This document shows, piece after piece, positions 12,001-25,797 of a DNA stretch of 64,000 nt. The position numbers were made by a program, and so were the translations under genes. The notes below the pieces were generated by a model. That model searched no databases. It was not told the origin of the DNA and worked only from the letters and a program-made list of their open reading frames with translations. This DNA comes from Selaginella moellendorffii. Lineage: Eukaryota; Plantae; Lycopodiophyta. Location: the NCBI RefSeq assembly GCF_000143415.4, contig NW_003314442.1:1-64000 (forward strand), read 5' to 3'. Numbering within the stretch: the first letter of the stretch is position 1; each line of letters opens with the position of its first letter.

Positions 12001-15000
12001 CTTCAAGAAAAGATTCCGTTAGGATCTGTGTGTCAGAGAAAAGGAACGTTGTTTCTTTGTCGTCAACGCCAGCTTTCATAAGAACTCTTTTCAGGTCATC
12101 TCTCCATTCTGTGTTGCCATAGCCTTTTGCAATCTCAATCTGCAAGGAGAAGTTTTGTCGACATTGTAAATGAGTGTTAGAAGTTCTTTAAGAATCTCAA
12201 CCTGGAACAACTCAAAGTCCTCCATGAAAGTCGCCAGCTTTGTTAGACTCTGCCTCCCGCTGCCTCCAACCCCAAGCAGCAGCGCATTTCCAAGTGGCAG
12301 ACGGATGACTCTGCACACTCTTGAAATATGTTCTATAGCGTCGAGAAATAGAACCAGCTTCATTGGGGCGTTGCTAACATTATTGTACTCCTCCAAGTAA
12401 TTTTCCACAACAGATGGTAGTTTCACGAGGTCAGTGATCTAGCAATGGGAGAAAGTTAGCTTCCACGACGATTAAAAGACATAGTGTACCTCCTCGTAAA
12501 TTTTTGGTTCTGCACCGGGCACTAGGAAATCCCCAAACATCAGACGTTCTCGCCTTACAACTTCGTTCCATTCAAGGTCGAAGTGTTTACGGATAAGATT
12601 TGCAAGCAAATTGGAAAACCATGTCCGATCCTCGTCATTGATGAGGCGATCCTGCAAAGCGCGAGAGTTAGAAAATCTGTTGCAAACAACCAAACACCTA
12701 CCTGAAAAACACGCATGGCCTCATGAAGCCAGATAGTAATCATGGAGTTGAAGCTCTTGCTCTGATTCGGATCGGCGCGAAGAACACCTTGTATGGTCTT
12801 ACTAAGATCTCTCAGGTTGAAAGTGTAATGAGACTTCGAAGGAGTTGGCAACAATTCCTGGCGTATAGTGTTGTACACATCAATGCTGGCGAGAACAATC
12901 GGAGTTGCGGCTCTATGCACATCTTCTTGGAACTTTTGCGTAAAAGTCGCTCCCAAGATGGTGGAGAAAATCATCGCCAAGCTCTCGTCAGACATGTCGT
13001 TGAAGGACAGAAAGTTAAAATGCCGTAGAAACCTGAAAGTGACGGGATTCCGTCCTCCTCCCGGCGGCCCCATGCAGCCAACAAACTGTATCTCGATCAG
13101 AGTTCTAAAGGCGCAAGGTGGCTTCCTGTCATACCATCCCTTGTGATCCATCCACTGACGAAGTATCTCGATTGGAGGCTGCGCGAAGTACTTCTCTCTC
13201 TGTGGCATGTTGACATCATCCACGAAGATAATGTACTTCTTGTTGATGGGGGGACCGAAAACTCCCTTCCGCCTCTTCTCGGTCTTGGAGTCTATCAAAT
13301 CCTGTGTCTGGTTGGCACTTGTTCTTGCAGAAAAGTTGACGAAAATGGGGATGAAAGCAGCGTCCATGTGATTCAGTAACTGATCTTGCATGACCAGAGT
13401 CTTGCCCGTCCCGGTCTCTCCGACACACAAAACGTGCTTCCCGATCTTCAAGAGCGTACTGATTACAAACTTGGATCGAACCGAATCCACTGTCGGGACA
13501 ATGAGCTCCGAAAACGGCTTGTCTGGGTTACAGACATACTTCGGAATGGTCTGCATCCAATCCAACCACTCCATAGTCAGATGGTTGAAGTGATAAGAAA
13601 AGACGTCCATGTCGGCTGGAGGAGGCTTTTCTAACGCCAGCGGCCCAAGCAAAGCCCGTAGCTGGTTATCGAACTTCATTCGTCCGGTGTTATCGCACGT
13701 AACTCCAATGGACCAGACAATAGAGAAGATAAATAGAGGCTCGATAATCTGTGACACAAGCGTCAGCTTCGAGCCGGTAAAACACGCAGAATAGAAAAAC
13801 ACCAAACCTGTGGCAAGCGTTCCTTTTCCTCATCATTTAGATCCTGACCGATATCCTTGACATAGGGGGCCATCATGCTGTCCATAACATTGAACAGGCT
13901 CAACACAAGATTGTCTTCCGTCGTCAATACAGTCTGCTTGAGATTCTTCTTTGTGTACTTAATCGCGTGACAGGCAACCTCGTTGAACAAAAGAGTGAGC
14001 TTTTCACTGTGAGCTTTGATAGCCGGGGACAGTCGCTGGAGCCATGAGACTATAAGAGGGTCAAATCCCCTGGCAGTAGGCTCCATATAAATCATCCCGC
14101 ATCTGCTAACTGTGGCCGGTGAGGCCACCGCCAAGTCTTCCACCTCAAACATCATCGTCATAGTAGAAGTCAGTTGAATAATCTCTCCACTGACGAGACA
14201 CAGCTTCTTGTTGTCGTCAAGAACAGTGTTCTACGCAGCAGAAAACCCGGGGATAAGTAAAAATAAAAACGAGACAGAAACATACCATGTTTTCTATCCA
14301 GACTGCATCCACTGGACCGTCAAACATAAGCCATTTTTTATCTTGTGATGGTTCTTCTGCCAAAGCGCGCATGTAACATGCTAAAACGCCATCAGTCCAC
14401 TCGTGAGTGTTTTCGTCAAAATCACCATAAAGCTGACCCATTGTGATGGATTTGGGATTCAGACAGACTATTTGCACCTGCAAGTCACCATGGATATAAG
14501 TCATTAATAGCATACACGCTTATAAATACCTTCTTATATTTCACGGAGCCTTCTTTCTCAAGTGTTGTCATAGCCATGGAGAGAGAACGATAACACATAG
14601 TCTTGCCGGCTCCAGTTGGTCCCACCAACATCAGCCCGTGCCTCACTATGGTTGTTTCATAGAGTTGAATAACCTTCAGAGGTAGAAAAAAAAACATGAA
14701 GAAACAATGCGGCCCAACACCTTTACATATACCTTGTTTGTAAAGGCAGGGACTGGTTGAATATTCAGCTCCACGGATGCTCTTGCCAAAGCATCAAGAA
14801 GATCCACGTACGATATTTCCGGTGGCTCTACTCCCGGAAACAAATCCGTAATGATACCGGCAAACAGGGGCAGATCCTGGCTAAGAAACTTGGGAACATT
14901 GACATCACGTAGGCCGCAAAGAAGCAGTACGTCCTCGTCTTCATCGGGATAAGCTCGCTTCAGATTACCAGCAGCGACAATAACACTTTTCACTGCTCTC

Positions 15001-18000
15001 ATTCCGTAGTCATAGTGGTCCTGCCGCGATTCATATGTTAGGAGTGACAAACAAAAATGAAGAGTAAGGACACTAACCTGTGAAGATAATTGCTCAGAGC
15101 AAAGTTTGAACGTGGCAACCATCTTTCTGGCAAGATTTTTGGCGCGACGAAATCCAAACGAAAATAGACTGATTTCGCCAATCAGTTCGTAATTGGGAAC
15201 CATCATTGCGCAGGGCCTGAAAAGAGCCTTAAGATTGTCTGGTAGCTCCGAGCGTCCGGCGTATCTGATCAACAATGTCTTTCGGATCAATGCGAAAGAA
15301 GTGTAGCTGTCAGTTACTTACCCGGGGTTCATAGTGATGTAAACAGAACATGATGGATCGAGCGAAATCTCCGTATCTTCGAAAATAAAACGCTTTAACT
15401 TTTGTTGGATAGCCAGTTGAATAGTTAAAATCTGCTGAGCAACCACGGAGAGCACTTCCAAATCAATCCGATTGAATTCATCAAAACATGCCCATGCTCC
15501 ACTGCTAGCAAGTCCTTTGAAAAACTTTCCCATAGCCAGGTAGTCAAGACCATCCGAGCAGTTGAAAACTACACACTGCTTTGCTAGCGCCTGCAGAATT
15601 TGTTCGTTACAAGATCACGCATGCATGTTGCGAAGCGTTTTTACCTTCGCAAGATCTTTTGTCGTCTCAGTCTTTCCAGTTCCGGCAGGACCAGCAGGAG
15701 CTCCACCCAGATTCAAATGCAAAGCTCCCATAAGGGTCATGTAACACCTATCTGTTAGAGGCGTTATAACAAGCCGTGGAGTGTTTCCCAGATATTCATA
15801 GCCATATGGAAGCGATGCTTGGACCATCTTCACATAAACTCCCTCATTTTCCCAGTAATAACGGAGCTGGCTCACCCATTCAAAATCTGTCACTGCTTTC
15901 ACCTGCAGGTCGTGAAACTTACTTAGAAACCGAAGACTGATAAAAAAAAAAGCCACTTACGTTCTCGTCAATGAGCTTTTGAGTGACATCACGAGCATGA
16001 ACATCAATGACAATAAGAGCCCCGAGGGTCAATCGGGCAAGTGCTGACAGAGGTTTTCGCACAAGATCCGTTAAAGCCATCAATTGCTCAACCTGTATAA
16101 GAACTGGAACACCATGTTAAACAACGGCCTCGCCAAAACATAAACTCTAACCTGTATATTCGTGAAATAATCTTGTAAATTATTTTCGTTGATAGCATTT
16201 TCCACTTGTTGCGTCCAATAGAATGAGCTTCCACAGAGAACTACTTGGCCGGGCCATACTTGAACCCAGTCAGTTCTTGCAGTTGTTTTATACGCAGCAA
16301 GCGAAAGACGGATCTATAGGGCAATCAATAAAAAATGCATCAAAGCGCGCGCACGCGCGCCAACGCACCTGAGCATGTATACTTTCTTTCATCCTCTTCT
16401 CCACTTCAGAAAGCCATACCTCTACATTTCCAAGAGGATGCATCGTGGTTGCAAACGGAACCTGCAGAAAACTATATGAGAACGAACTAAAAGTTAAATG
16501 ATCATGGTTAACCTTTTCCCCTTCGCCGGAGTTCATGGCTGTTATTTCCATGTCCTTCTTAAAGTCAAGCTCCGCAATGGCTTCGAAACATTTGCGCAAA
16601 TGCGGCTGAACAGCCAAAGGATTCTTTGCCTGTGATAGTATTTGGAGGAGCTCATCATTGGAAAGAAAAAAGAATCGACTAAATGCTAAACGCTTTGTCT
16701 CCAAATAATCAGCAAGGCCCTTTTGGACGAGATCAATCAACTGCGTGCAAAGAATGTGTTAGAAGCATTACAAGACGGACTCCACGTACCTTGTTAGAAT
16801 CCTTAAATTGTTCACACAGCTTCTTGCTCGTGCACATTGTAAGCATGTGAGGCGTTTGTTTCGCTTGAGCAAGAGCTTTTCGCCAGATTGTGTTGACAGT
16901 GTTGAATCTCTTACTCTCAATAGGAAGCTGTGTCTGAATGTCCGGACTGCTGAAAATAGGTTCCAAGTACATCCATTGTCTTTGCAGTGCAAACCATTCG
17001 TCGAGAAGGTCAGACATGAGTACAAGCTGAGCTTCCCACTTTGCAATTTTCTCTTCAAATGGTTTCTTGAAAGGAGAAAAGCTCATGGACTGGCTCATGG
17101 CAATATGGTCGTCAAGTTGCTGCAATATCGACTCGTCAACTTTGACAATGTACGTGCCAGTTTCTTTATACTCCATGACCTGTAAGAAACAATTTCCATC
17201 AGACACACATTGTAAGGTTTTAGAATTGTACGAACCTGCAAGTATGCCTCCTTCCAATCTTCTTCCATCTTTTCCAAAGCAACCTCGATTCCGTATTCTT
17301 TGCTAGCAACATCTGCAACTTGCTGTATAACCTCCAGATGATCAAGGAGGCCCATGGCAATGCCTTTCTTCAGATTGAAATCCGGTTTCATATGCAAATC
17401 CATCTTAAGCTCTGCGGAAAGTTGATCCCAATGACGGTCTCTCATTCCGGGAGTGCGGAGTGCTTGTATCAAAGGAACATAGGGTCTGAATTCCCCAACC
17501 TGAACAAAAATGTCAACCATGAAAACAATCTTTCTCTACCGGAGCAAACGGTATTACCTGACCACGAATCTCCTCACAGTTCGATGCACATTTGGGAAGT
17601 TCCTTCTGAGTAAAAACACGGTTGGTTTTGAACAGGCCTTTCCACCAGCCGGTGACACTTCTTTCAACATGATCAGAATCGAGTGTTGTGAACTCATCAT
17701 TCATCCAGCTTTGGTAGCTTCGTTTCCAATCATCAGCTGAAGTCCAAAGGTAGTGGAATGGTTCAAATGCCTCCACCGTTTTTCTCACACGGCTGTAATC
17801 AGTTGTCGGTACCCCAAACAAAAGCTCTCTGGAATTAAAGAGGCGTGACAGCTCCTCAGCTTTTTTGAGTTGTGCATGAATCTTACGAGCTTCAGCCGAA
17901 ACATTATCTGTCTGCACAGAAACAGTTTAGAAAATAGCATTTTCAAAAAACCATACGTGTACCTCTGCAAGATCTTCATACTGCTTAAACCCTCCAACAA

Positions 18001-21000
18001 CTGATTCCAAGGTATCCATGGTGCCAAGAAAAGCAATTTGCTGCTCTTCCATCTCTCGCTGGTAGCGTTCCATATCGGTTGCTAACGTTTTCTCAGTTTT
18101 CTCTATCTGTTTCTCGAGCCTTGATGGCCACCCCTGGCACGTCCACCTCAAGGCAAAATCGCTGTCGGAAAGGTTGTAGCTCAGCTCATCAAGTGCATTG
18201 TAATACACCTAGAAAGTATAACACGTGAATACATAACGCTTCTGTAGAGCATTACCTCGGTTTGATCAATTTCTCCTTTGAGCTCCGTAATCTTCATGGG
18301 GAGTGTGGCTATAAATTCACGCTGAGAAGCGACTTCTTCTGGTGTCTTAGTCTTGATTCTTAGCTGTTTTTCCTTTTCCTCAAACTTTCCGGAAACAGTT
18401 TGAGCCATTTGCCTTGGCGTTCCAGTTATCAAACCAAACACTGTAATCATTTGATCAGCTTCCTTTGCACAGTTAAAACCTCATACAAACCTAGCTCAGT
18501 TAGTTGGGACTTCTTTGTTACAAGAACAGTGCGCACTTTCTTGCATGAAATTGTAAATGGACCGAAGGCAATATTCGATGGTATCCTGCAAAATCAAATA
18601 GTCTATTAAGTATTGAAAACTAAGCTGCTTCACCTGGTTTCTAACTCCTCCTGGTCCACCCTATGAGTTCGAGCTTCCACGAGCAGATCTTTTAGTAGAG
18701 GCTTCCTTCCTTCGAGCTCCGTTTTATACTTTGGTATCTCCAGCTGAAGTAACGGTTCGTGAACTCTGTACTTGTCAAGATATGTTTTTGCCATATTGAT
18801 CGCCTTTTGCACAGCAGTCTGCAACGAACCTATTTAAATGTCTCAGTGTTCTACTTCCGTAGTTTAACACGCACAAGATCAACGTAGAACATACCTCTAC
18901 TCTCGATCTTAGCTTTTGAACCTTCGGTTCGAGTAGATTCACAGCACTTATTGACGGTATTTTGCTCCAGAAGAGCTTTTCCATGATGGCTGGCTCCACT
19001 GTGGGAATAGCTTGCAGTGATAGAACCGCAGCATCGAAAGCTCGACATATAACATCCTCAAATCTTTTTAAAGCTATATTATAATCAAACTTTCCTCCTT
19101 CTACATTGAGAAGCTCAAGGGTGAAGAGAGGAGGCTTTTTGATCACCTGAAAAAAAAAAAGCCAAGAGCGATGTAAGCGTGATACAAACAGAAAATCCAA
19201 GTGCTGTACCCCGAAGTCGTCTGCTGGCCAGACAGTTGAAACTGTGTCTGGATTTAGTATCTCTACAATAGGATTGCCGCAAAACCTTTCTACGAACTGG
19301 CAATAAGTCGCCAGTGCACCCTCTACGAGAAATCGCACTGAATCTTCCATCATGTACTGAACCATATGAAGGAATCGCTTCATTTTACTGCACTGATAAG
19401 CATCCATGCTGTGCTCACGGATATTGAACCAGCCTTTACCAACGTCTTTAAAAGCGCTACGCACTATATTTTTTAGCAATGTAGTCCAGCTGGAGCACAA
19501 AAATGCAAGCTTAGCAATAAAACACAGAATACCGTGATTTACCTGTCCCGCAAGTGCACCGAAGTTTGCTCGATCATCTGTGATTGCATCTGATCAAACT
19601 CGTCGAGTCGCAGACTCTTGTTGTAGTGAGTATTTAGCAAGGACATGTTGAGCACCTTCCTGCATTCCGCTCGAACTTTGACAGTGGCGATAATTACCTC
19701 TGTCTTCGTGAGACAGGAACAGAAATGGAACTCACTGGACCTTTCTTCAAAGTTATACTCTGGAACTCTAATACAACCAAACCTGAAGGTCACGGACAGT
19801 GCTCATTGTTTAGTCATAAAGCTAAAAAAAGATAAAGCAAGCACTTACTGTGGAACAGGTGGCATCACCTTCTTCGGAAACTGCATGTCCAGTGGAAGAA
19901 TAAACTCTTTGCAAGAGGTCGGGCGTTTCCGAAGGCTCTCGTCAAAGACAATGTTGTTCATTGCATGTGCATAGTCCAGGTTAATTTCTCCTATTCTGGA
20001 AGCAGCGTCGAGGTTCCTCTCCCTTAAATCTTTACTGTTGAATGCCAGGTTACGTATCCGGCTCTCCTGATCATCTCTAAGGTGAGGTATGTCGTCAACG
20101 GGCATATTGTTGACGAACAAGTTGTATTTCTGCATAGAAAGCGGAAATGATCAGAACTCCTGGAAACGACACAGGACATCTTACAATGAGAGCTTCGACA
20201 TCCTCCCGAAGTTTAACTGCTGCAACAACACGTTTTGTAAACAGAAAAGGATCTTCGGCTTTGAAGTGAACCAGCATCCTGCATTTGTAGATCGCTGGTG
20301 GTAAGTTGTCAAAGCAGCTATGACGCGGTAAAGCTAAAAAGGATCAGTACATTGCCTTGGCAACCACAACGTCTGTCCAGTATCCTCCCACTGGACAAGG
20401 TAAGTGTCATTCTCTTCGATGAAGTCAATAGCCAAGCAGTGTTTCCAAACACACCGCCCTTCGTAGTTAACGTACGCAGCTTGCGCAGAAACAACTGAGA
20501 CTTTGTCGATCCTACACAATACTGGATTATTCGCAGACAGCTCTATTTATATCGTGAAAGGCTCACCAGTTGGAAGGAAGTCGAGTCTCAAAGTCCGTGT
20601 TGTCGAACCAATGCAAGGGCAGCCTACCCGTCTCACTCCCCAGATCAAGATTCTCGAGACCTTCGGCGGCCAGCAGCACTCCAGCATCTTGGAGAGCATA
20701 GAGCCGCTTCTTTCTGGAGAGAAAGAATCAGCTCACAAAGTCGTTTCTAAGCTCTCTTTCGAACCTCTCCACTTGAACTTTGCGAGGGATCTCCCCGACT
20801 TTGGTGACATAAGGGACCATGACCTTGGGATCCAAAACGCTCTCATCCTCCAGAAAGGCCTGCGTTTACCACCAGCGCATTTCCGATCGATTTCCAGGCT
20901 GACGTGAAACGAAGAGCCTTACCGTAGAGGCCAGCCGCTTCTTCCCCTTGTCATCGTCTTCAGCCGCGGAGCTACTGGATTTAGCAGCTGCGAGAGACGC

Positions 21001-21078
21001 AAGAATGTGACCTACAGGCGGTGAATGGCGCCGATGGATCAGTGGCATACCTTTGGGACGAGGCTGGGGCGTCCTCAT
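6013..21078 (-). CDS. DNAH1: Axonemal inner-arm dynein heavy chain, DNAH1-like; many short introns
   Basis: P-loops GPAGTGKT (AAA1), [16 protein letters not shown] and GVGGSGRQ; [10 protein letters not shown]; stalk/MTBD; C-terminal [12 protein letters not shown]...[11 protein letters not shown]-terminal [16 protein letters not shown] resembles DNAH1. The exact start is less certain. Confidence 0.92.
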
Positions 21079-21266
21079 CGCTCCGCGCTGCGAGAAATCT
21101 GTGCTGCGGTGTGCTAGCTAGGCTTTAGGGCAAGCCAACTGAATGAGAGTTCTCGGGGCGCCAAATTTCACTGCCAGTGCCATGTCACGCGCAATCTTCG
21201 CCGTCGGAATCTTCAGCCGGCACAGAGGGATGAGGGTTTCTTCCCCTCTTCTCGGTTGAGAGTTTG

Positions 21267-22097
21267 ATGGGCTGGGCTCTCCTCGCCCGGATCGTCGTCA
21301 AGCGCGCCACCGCCAGCAGCAACACTAGCAGCGGCAGCAGCAATGGCGCCTATCAGCTCATCCGGCGCTGCTCCAGCGCCGCCCTCGTCGCCACCACACA
21401 CAAGCTGCCGCCGCCGCCGCCGCCACTTCCCAGCGATGAGCTCGCGGCCCGGGAGGCCAGGAGCGACAAGATCATCGTCAGCGGCTACGACGCGTGGTGG
21501 CGCGAGTGGCAGGAGCAGCGCCCCCACTTCCCGAGCCTGGGGGTGCCCGACATTCTGGCGTCGGACGACACGGTGGTGATGGACGCCAACATCGGCGCCA
21601 TCTTCTCGCGGATGCGGCTGGACAAGGCGTCGCCCGACCGGCAGGTGTTCCTGGGCATGCTCCGCGCGCTGGAGGACCGCGGGCGGCTCAACGCGCCCCC
21701 GAAGCTCATTCACAGGTACGCCATCGCGTGCAACCGGATGCACAAGGTCTGTGTCCCGGGCGCGTTTCTGGACGAGGGGGACCGGAACAGCATCGGGCAT
21801 TTGGCGGAGGAGGTGATGCAGTGGATCGTGGAGGCGCGGTATCAGTTGCCCAGGGATCCCGCGAAATCGATAGACTTCCTCGTCACCCTGCTCCAGTGCG
21901 CGTTTCTCTACAAGTCGACCATCTTCCTCACCAACAACAAGGACTACTACTTCGTGCTCAAGGCGGCCAAGGTCTTGCAAGAGAGCATGCACGCCAGCTA
22001 TCCCGAGTACGCCGACAGGATCGATCTGGGCAGCATCCGGATCGTCTTCGTGCAGGAGCAGCTCAAGTTGAACGTGCACCAAGTTGTGCGTGTCTGA
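21267..22097 (+). CDS. Intronless hypothetical protein, possible organelle presequence and one PPR-like helix pair
   Basis: 276-aa ORF with strong GC3 bias. The N-terminus is R/S/A-rich and acid-free. AIFSRMRLDKASPDRQVFLGMLRAL resembles a PPR motif. Confidence 0.65.
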   Translation: MGWALLARIVVKRATASSNTSSGSSNGAYQLIRRCSSAALVATTHKLPPPPPPLPSDELAAREARSDKIIVSGYDAWWREWQEQRPHFPSLGVPDILASDDTVVMDANIGAIFSRMRLDKASPDRQVFLGMLRALEDRGRLNAPPKLIHRYAIACNRMHKVCVPGAFLDEGDRNSIGHLAEEVMQWIVEARYQLPRDPAKSIDFLVTLLQCAFLYKSTIFLTNNKDYYFVLKAAKVLQESMHASYPEYADRIDLGSIRIVFVQEQLKLNVHQVVRV

Positions 22098-22229
22098 GAA
22101 AAAAACGTTTTTTTTTTCTTTTCGGGAACAGCATTTTTTCTCCTCAACAGGCTTTCTGTATTGTACATCCTTCCGAATGAGTTTCTCAAGGTCCTTTCTA
22201 CATCTCGACATCGACTACTTACAGATAAG

Positions 22230-25200
22230 CTAAACGGCTGCCACCTTGCTCTTGTTCTTGTTGAGGAGCCGCTCCAGTGCAGCCGCATCTGAGACTGGAG
22301 CATAGCACTTGAAATCCTGGCAAACAAAGGCCACTGCTTTGCTCTTGGGGGCTTTTCCCTGTGCCATGGCCAGGAGCATCGGATTCTTGGCTTGCCAAAA
22401 CTCTACGTCGCTAGGCAGCTCCGGATCTATCTGGATAATCTGGCATCGCGGGACAAAACAAATATCGTCACAAAGCCAAGTGAAAGATGGCAATCTTACG
22501 GTCGAATCCGGGTCGAAGAAGAGATGACTTGTCGTCACCAATGCATCAAACTCGCCTGACGTTTTGGCGCCTGCCACCAAAATCTGTCGCTTGGAAGGAA
22601 CGGCCAGCACATCGTAGGCACAGCACATCAGGGGCACTGCCATAGCCAATTCTTTCACCTTGCCTTCGAAAACAGCCTGTGTGCGAGAAGCGAGCAATGA
22701 AGAAAAGAAACTACGAAATGCTGCAAAACGTACCAAAAGATGCTGAGCCCTCTCAAGAAACAATTTTCCCTCCTCGCCGTGACAGATAGAAGCGAGACGC
22801 AACAAGTTGATGGCCGCTACTGAATTACCTGAAGGCTCGGCACCATCGTAGTCCTCCTTCATGCGGAACAAAATGGAGGAATCGCCTTCTGCAGTGCTGA
22901 AATAACCCCCACCTTCTTTATCCAAGAACAGATGGTCCTGCATTGCAAGCGACGCTCAAGTTACCAAGTGCAGGAAAGACGACATAATACCTGCACTTCT
23001 TGAAGCTCAAAGACCCAGGCAAGCCACTTCGTGTCTCCACTGGCCTCGTACAAGTCTAAAAGTCCAGCAATTAAAAACGCATAATCGTCCAAGAATCCGG
23101 GAGCCTGGGATGGAGACTTCCGGTAGCTACGCTGAAGTCGCTTCGCACTTGCATTGTAGATCTTATCTTTCACGAATTTTGCAATACGTTCAGCAACTAT
23201 CAAGTAGTCCTTCGGCTGCAATGACGGAAGGTTACTCCTAGAACTGAAATGAAAGAGAGGATGATCACTTACGTCGCATCCCATATCTGGAAAGTAATGC
23301 TTCAATCCTTCGGGTTCAGCCCTCAAGAATCTGGAAGCACGAGAGTAAGCTGAAATCGCTAGGCCATTCCAAGCAACAATAACCTGCATAGAAGTTTACA
23401 ACGTTCGAAAAGTAGAAACAAATGGTCCGTTACCTTGTCATCCAGATGTGGACGAGGCCTTTTGGATCTATGGGCGTGGAGCAACTCTCGGCATTGCCCA
23501 AGGAGGTCAGCAGTTTCTTCAACAGTTTTTCCAAACTTTGCCACGGTATCAGCTAAGCTCTGCCGCTCTATGAGCACATTTTTGCCCAGGAACTCATTGT
23601 GAGGATCGCTCATTCGTGACAGGTTGCAGTTTCCTTGCTCTCTCACGTAGTAATGAGCCGCGAAAATCTGAGCGCGATCCTTCCCAAGAACGTCTTCGAT
23701 CTGTGAGTCATTTGTTAGCTATCCTTACGTCAAACTGCAAGATTTCTTACTTCTTTGGCAGTCCAGACGTAGAATGCGCCTTCTTTCTTCTTTGAGGATC
23801 CGCTTGGTTCTAGACTGTCCGCATCTTCAGCAGAAAATATGCCACCCTCAGGGTGTGTCATGTCCCGGTTCAAGTAGTCTAAAATATCTCTTGCAACGCA
23901 GGCATGCATCGTATCTCTCGTGACGAGGTAAACGTCAAGGTAGGCATTTGCAAGCTGAGCCTGGTCATAGAGCATCTTTTCGAAATGTGGGACTGTCATA
24001 ACCAAGCAACCCGATATCGCTTCGATGAAGAAAACAAAATGATTTGATGCTTACCATGCCAGTAATCATCAACGCTATATCTGTGGAATCCTCCTCCAAC
24101 ATGATCGTGCATTCCTCCCCGCGCCATGCATTGAAGATTAAAACTTGCCATTTCCAAAGCCTTTTTGGAGAGGCTTGCTTTGCCAGCTTGATCCAGACGC
24201 TTATAATACCGAAGCATCAAGTTCAGCTCCACCGGCCTGGGAAACTTTGGTGCACTACCAAACCCGCCGAGCTTGGCATCAAAACCTTTCATGAGCTGCA
24301 AACGCAGATCCGAGAGACGTTAATAATGATAGCAAAGAACATAAGCTCAAACCTCAAACTACCTGACTAGCACAGAGCTGGACAGCTTGCTCCGCCACAC
24401 CACCTGAAACTTGAAGAGACGTTGCACACGCGGCCATTGCCTCTGCAAGCTGCTGAATGACATTGTCCCCAGCGTTTCGAAGCACGGCTTTCCTCGAGTC
24501 CCAGTTCTCCTTCACTCGCCTGCAGCAGCAAGATTCCAGCTTCAAAATGTGTAAGTGCTAGCTAGCTAGAGACCAGCTACCTTAAAACTGTCTTAAACCC
24601 TGGACGACCGTAATTATCCTCGGGAGGGAAGTACGTTCCTCCCACGATGGGCTTGAGCTCCGGCGTAAGAAAGACGCTCATAGGCCAGCCTCCTCCACCT
24701 TGTGAAGCTTGGACGAATGTCATGTAGATCTGCATGAAAGCATTCACAAGGTATACGGGCATGAAGACGAAAAAAAACCTTATCAACGTCGGGCCTCTCT
24801 TCCCGGTCGACTTTGATGCTCACAAACCAGTCATTGAGCAATTTGGCGACCTCTTCGCTCTCGAACGATTCCACTTCCATTACATGACACCTACAAAAGA
24901 AGTTCTCAGTCAGTTCTCTTATGCCGGAGAAAGAAAGGAGAAAAACACTCGAGCGCAGTACCAGTGACAAGTGCTGTATCCGACTGCAAGCCCTTTTTGT
25001 TAGGAAGCAGAAGACACACGCAGTAGCATACCTGATAGGAAAATCGGCTTGTCTTCTGCCTTGGCCTTGGCAAACGCTTCTTCTCCCCATGGATACCAAT
25101 CCACCTACATGCACACAAGACTAGATCATCATAAAAACGAAAACAAGAACAGAAGAGAAAACAAAATTGGAGGGAGCGAGCTATACTGGATTGTGTGCAT

Positions 25201-25459
25201 GCTGGAGAAGATACGGGCTGTTTTCATGGAGGAGGCGATTGGAATGCTTGTGCTTGTCTCCCGAGCCAGCCGCAGTGGCACTGCTAGCGCTGTGCTTATC
25301 GGCCATAGCATCTGGCCCTGCAGCTCTGGCGACCGTGCGCGCAAAGGCAAACGCGGGAGGCTTCCTCTTTTTCGCCTGCAAAGAGGACCGAGCAGGGGCA
25401 GCAGGCCTGAAGAAGGAGGCGGCGGCGGCGGCCAGGGGCAGGTGTCGCAACCGGAACAT
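22230..25459 (-). CDS. SPATA20/YyaL-like protein (thioredoxin-like DUF255 + six-hairpin glycosidase-like)
   Basis: [93 protein letters not shown]. Confidence 0.92.
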
Positions 25460-25797
25460 GCCGCATAAATACCAGCTGCTACCAAACAGGAAACAAAAAA
25501 TGTCGGGTGCCACTCACCTGGATCCAACTGCCAGTCGACTATCCCTCGCTCGCGCACGCACGAACCCTAATAGAAGACGAGTTTCTTAGCTCATCGTTTC
25601 TTCTAAATCTTTACAGGCGAGCCTGTAGTTGGATGGATTGCCACCAACACCTTCCACCTTCATCCACAGCTCTGGCGGTGAACAAAAGAAAAAAATGTGT
25701 CGTTTCTTTCATCACACTTAGAACTTACAGCTTCTATAGTTTTTTCTTCCGAGGATAAACGTCTAGACAATGAATGGGGTATATTGATGACTAGAAT

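Noticed and set aside
21213-22211. 332-aa minus-strand ORF
   Set aside because: In-register antisense shadow of the GC3-biased plus ORF.
6013-25459. 'Sperm gene cluster' of dynein plus SPATA20
   Set aside because: SPATA20/YyaL homologs are widespread in bacteria and non-flagellated plants, so the name alone does not support a cluster.
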